Shown here piece by piece: positions 61,599 to 64,000 of a stretch of DNA of 64,000 nucleotides. The stretch's first letter is position 1, and each line of letters begins with the position of its first letter. A program made the translations under genes and the position numbers. Source of the DNA: an uncultured Bacteroidota bacterium (GTDB lineage: Bacteria > Bacteroidota > Ignavibacteria > UBA10030 > UBA6906); contig CAVOYH010000001.1 in the NCBI GenBank assembly GCA_963700635.1, positions 448,001-512,000 on the forward strand. The letters are read 5' to 3'. Below the pieces are notes generated by a model, which was not told the DNA's origin, did no database searches, and was given only the letters and a program-made list of their open reading frames with translations.

Positions 61599-61627
61599 AT
61601 AATACAATTCTCCAAAACAAAAAGCAA
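61599..61627 (-). promoter_or_regulatory. Putative sigma70 promoter of csp gene
   Basis: TTGCTT-N17-TATTAT on minus strand. Confidence 0.55.
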
Positions 61628-61629
61628 GA

Positions 61630-62700
61630 CTATTTTTGACCCTGGCGTCTCCTGCGAAAAACAGCGAAAATGCCCATTCCCACAATGCCAAGCACCGCTA
61701 TGCCCGAAATGGCGACTGCCCACCCGTGTACCTCCCTCGACTCCACCCACAGGGTGTAATCACCGACATAGGCCATTGTTATGAAGCTCTCCCATGTAAC
61801 CCGGCTCCCCTCAACGTCTCCTGCGTTGGTGGCCGTGACGATCCCGGGGACCACCACGTGGACCTTGTGCGATGAGGTCAAAACACGTTGCTGGAAGTCC
61901 AGCCGGCTTCGAAACGCCTCAATGTTACTCCGGTTTGCATCCAGCGCCCGCCTGACAAGCGGTGTCCCCAGTATTTCAGCAAACTGCTGCTCCAGTTCCT
62001 CCAGATTTCCGCTTGTCCAGTCGAAACGCCTGGCCTTCGTAAAACACCGCTCCTTCTGCCCCTCCGCCATCGCCTCCGTAAGCCGCGGATCGGCGAGCAG
62101 GCGGATCCCCTGTTTGAACAGTCTGAAATATTCTTCGAAGGAATTGCGGCTATTCCAGGCATTGAACCGCTCACTGGATTCCTCTGACGCCAGGCTGTCA
62201 GATCCGGACAACACGGACTTTGGTCCCGAGATACGCAGCGCAAAGGCGTCAATCTCCGCCTTCGACAAATATTCGGACACAGGCACAACGTCGGTCGGAT
62301 TTAATTTTGACCAGGTTTCTTCATACCGGTATGTTGTGAAGAACCAGTAGAATGTCCTGGTGAGTCGCGGTTTGATGTCTATTTGGCGTCCGGGCGCCCC
62401 GGCAAGCGCTTCGCTCATCGCCTCCGCCGAGCTGTACGTCCGCGACGCAACGAGTGTCCGCTCCCGCTGTTTCACGGGAAAGTGTTCGACAGTCCATGCG
62501 CTGTCAATCCTGAACATCTGGATCCCGGAGGTCAGGCTTGAAGAATCACCCTTGATGGTGACGGATCGGGTTAACGAGCCATCGGAGTGTACCACGGTGG
62601 TCGTTTCCGTTTCAAGGCAGCCGCCAAGGAGCAGGGAGGCGATGAGAATCATCGCTGAACGGGACATGGTCAGACTGCTGAACACGATTTTCATTGGCAT
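61630..62700 (-). CDS. Hypothetical lipoprotein with C-terminal TM anchor
   Basis: LGG-C lipobox; C-terminal hydrophobic helix followed by RRRR. Confidence 0.7.
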   Translation of the reverse strand: MPMKIVFSSLTMSRSAMILIASLLLGGCLETETTTVVHSDGSLTRSVTIKGDSSSLTSGIQMFRIDSAWTVEHFPVKQRERTLVASRTYSSAEAMSEALAGAPGRQIDIKPRLTRTFYWFFTTYRYEETWSKLNPTDVVPVSEYLSKAEIDAFALRISGPKSVLSGSDSLASEESSERFNAWNSRNSFEEYFRLFKQGIRLLADPRLTEAMAEGQKERCFTKARRFDWTSGNLEELEQQFAEILGTPLVRRALDANRSNIEAFRSRLDFQQRVLTSSHKVHVVVPGIVTATNAGDVEGSRVTWESFITMAYVGDYTLWVESREVHGWAVAISGIAVLGIVGMGIFAVFRRRRQGQK

Positions 62701-62752
62701 CGTCCTTCATTCATGACAATGGAACGTACGAAAATGAATGATGGTATGGAAG

Positions 62753-62781
62753 TTGTTTTTCGGGCCGACCCTCGGTATATT
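62753..62781 (+). promoter_or_regulatory. Putative sigma70 promoter of dipeptidase
   Basis: TTGTTT-N17-TATATT. Confidence 0.4.
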
Positions 62782-62818
62782 GCTCCTTCTGTTGTTGATT
62801 ACCACGAGGGAAGGTCTT

Positions 62819-64000
62819 ATGAGACGATATCACCGCACGTTGCTGCTCCTGTTTGTTGTTTTCACTTTTGACCCGGCAAGTCTTCTTGCCTGCACGAATA
62901 TCCTTGTTACCAGAGGTGCGTCCAGGGATGGGTCCACGATGATTACCTACGCGGCGGACTCACATACCCGGTATGGCCAGCTCTATTTTTTGCCTGCCGG
63001 AGACCATCCCGCCGGTACCATGGTGGATATCCGCGACTATGGCAACGGTGCCTATCTGGGCAAAGTGAACCAGGTTCCGCACACGTTCTCCGTGGTCGGG
63101 TTCATGAATGAACATCAGGTGTCCATCGGCGAAACCACCTTCGGCGGTCGTCCGGAGCTTGTGGACACCGCCGGTATCATAGACTACGGCAGCCTGATGT
63201 TCCTGACGCTTCAACGCTCGCGTAACGCGCGGGAAGCCATCAAGACGATGGGGGCGCTGGTGGCGGAGTACGGCTACCGCAGCTCGGGGGAGTCCTTCTC
63301 CATCGGCGATCCGAACGAAGTATGGATCATGGAATTGATCGGGAAGGGATCCGGCAACAGGGGAGCCGTCTGGGTGGCCATGAGAATCCCGGAGGGATAT
63401 ATTTCGGGGCATGCCAATCACCCGAGGATCACGACGTTTCCGCTCAACGATACGGTGAATTGTTACTATGCACCGGACGTGATTTCCGTAGCCAGAGCAA
63501 AAGGGTATTTCTCCGGTACGGACTCCGAGTTCAGCTTCTCCGACGCATACGCCCCGCTGGATTTTGGAGGGGCACGATTCTGCGAGGCACGGGTCTGGTC
63601 AGTGTTTAATCGAGTGAACAGCACGATGGGCCGTTATCTGGATTATGCAAAAGGACAGGACCTCCGCCATCGGATGCCCCTCTGGATCAAACCTGACACG
63701 AAGCTGTCTGTCCATGACGTTATGGAACTTATGCGGGACTACTATCAGGGAACTGAGCTGGACATGAGCAAGGATGTCGGGGCGGGGCCGTACGGCTGTC
63801 CGTACCGCTGGAGACCGATGACGTGGAAAGTGGATTCTGTGGAATATCTGAACGAGCGTGCAATCTCAACCCAACAGACGGGGTTTTCCTTTCTCGCGCA
63901 GGGACGATCCTGGCTCCCTGATCATATCGGCGGAATTTTCTGGTTCGGTGTTGATGATACCTACCATACGGTCTACACCCCGATGTATTGCAGTATCACG
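62819..64000 (+). CDS. C69 family dipeptidase, truncated by window end (absent from ORF track)
   Basis: Manual translation: signal peptide, then CTNILVTRGASRDGSTMITYAADSH, MNEHQVSIGETTFGG, ERAISTQQT. Confidence 0.9.
   Translation, partial: MRRYHRTLLLLFVVFTFDPASLLACTNILVTRGASRDGSTMITYAADSHTRYGQLYFLPAGDHPAGTMVDIRDYGNGAYLGKVNQVPHTFSVVGFMNEHQVSIGETTFGGRPELVDTAGIIDYGSLMFLTLQRSRNAREAIKTMGALVAEYGYRSSGESFSIGDPNEVWIMELIGKGSGNRGAVWVAMRIPEGYISGHANHPRITTFPLNDTVNCYYAPDVISVARAKGYFSGTDSEFSFSDAYAPLDFGGARFCEARVWSVFNRVNSTMGRYLDYAKGQDLRHRMPLWIKPDTKLSVHDVMELMRDYYQGTELDMSKDVGAGPYGCPYRWRPMTWKVDSVEYLNERAISTQQTGFSFLAQGRSWLPDHIGGIFWFGVDDTYHTVYTPMYCSIT

Noticed and set aside
1-64000. CRISPR arrays, rRNA, IS elements, prophage or defence genes
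   Set aside because: No repeat-spacer periodicity and no transposase, phage or cas motifs found by eye

Overview
Chromosomal window from a moderately GC-rich diderm bacterium; the gene content suggests an Ignavibacteria-like FCB lineage (inference). Most of it is housekeeping or metabolic: maltodextrin-type ABC and MFS transporters with a secreted debranching-like glycosidase, LPS genes, tsaC, tRNA-Arg(CCG), a RsbU/V/W-type partner-switching cluster, a tyrosine recombinase homologue with a degenerate active site overlapping leuS, nadK, tRNA-Ala(GGC), arfB, a TonB receptor, a hisZGDCBHAF(IE) operon with a His5 leader-peptide attenuator, a GH38 mannosidase, a cold-shock gene and a C69 dipeptidase cut by the window end. 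The most unusual locus is 50.35-61.0 kb. A predicted sigma54 operon encodes qrcABCD-like quinone reductase subunits flanked by two Cys-rich GcvH-fold proteins that lack the lipoyl-lysine, and is led by a 77-aa membrane peptide. These three accessory proteins share a C-terminal [ML]ADGG motif. Facing it is a translationally coupled trio: heme-c sensor kinase, archaemetzincin protease and sigma54 activator. No CRISPR array, rRNA or intact mobile element was seen. All calls come from motif recognition by eye; no searches were run.
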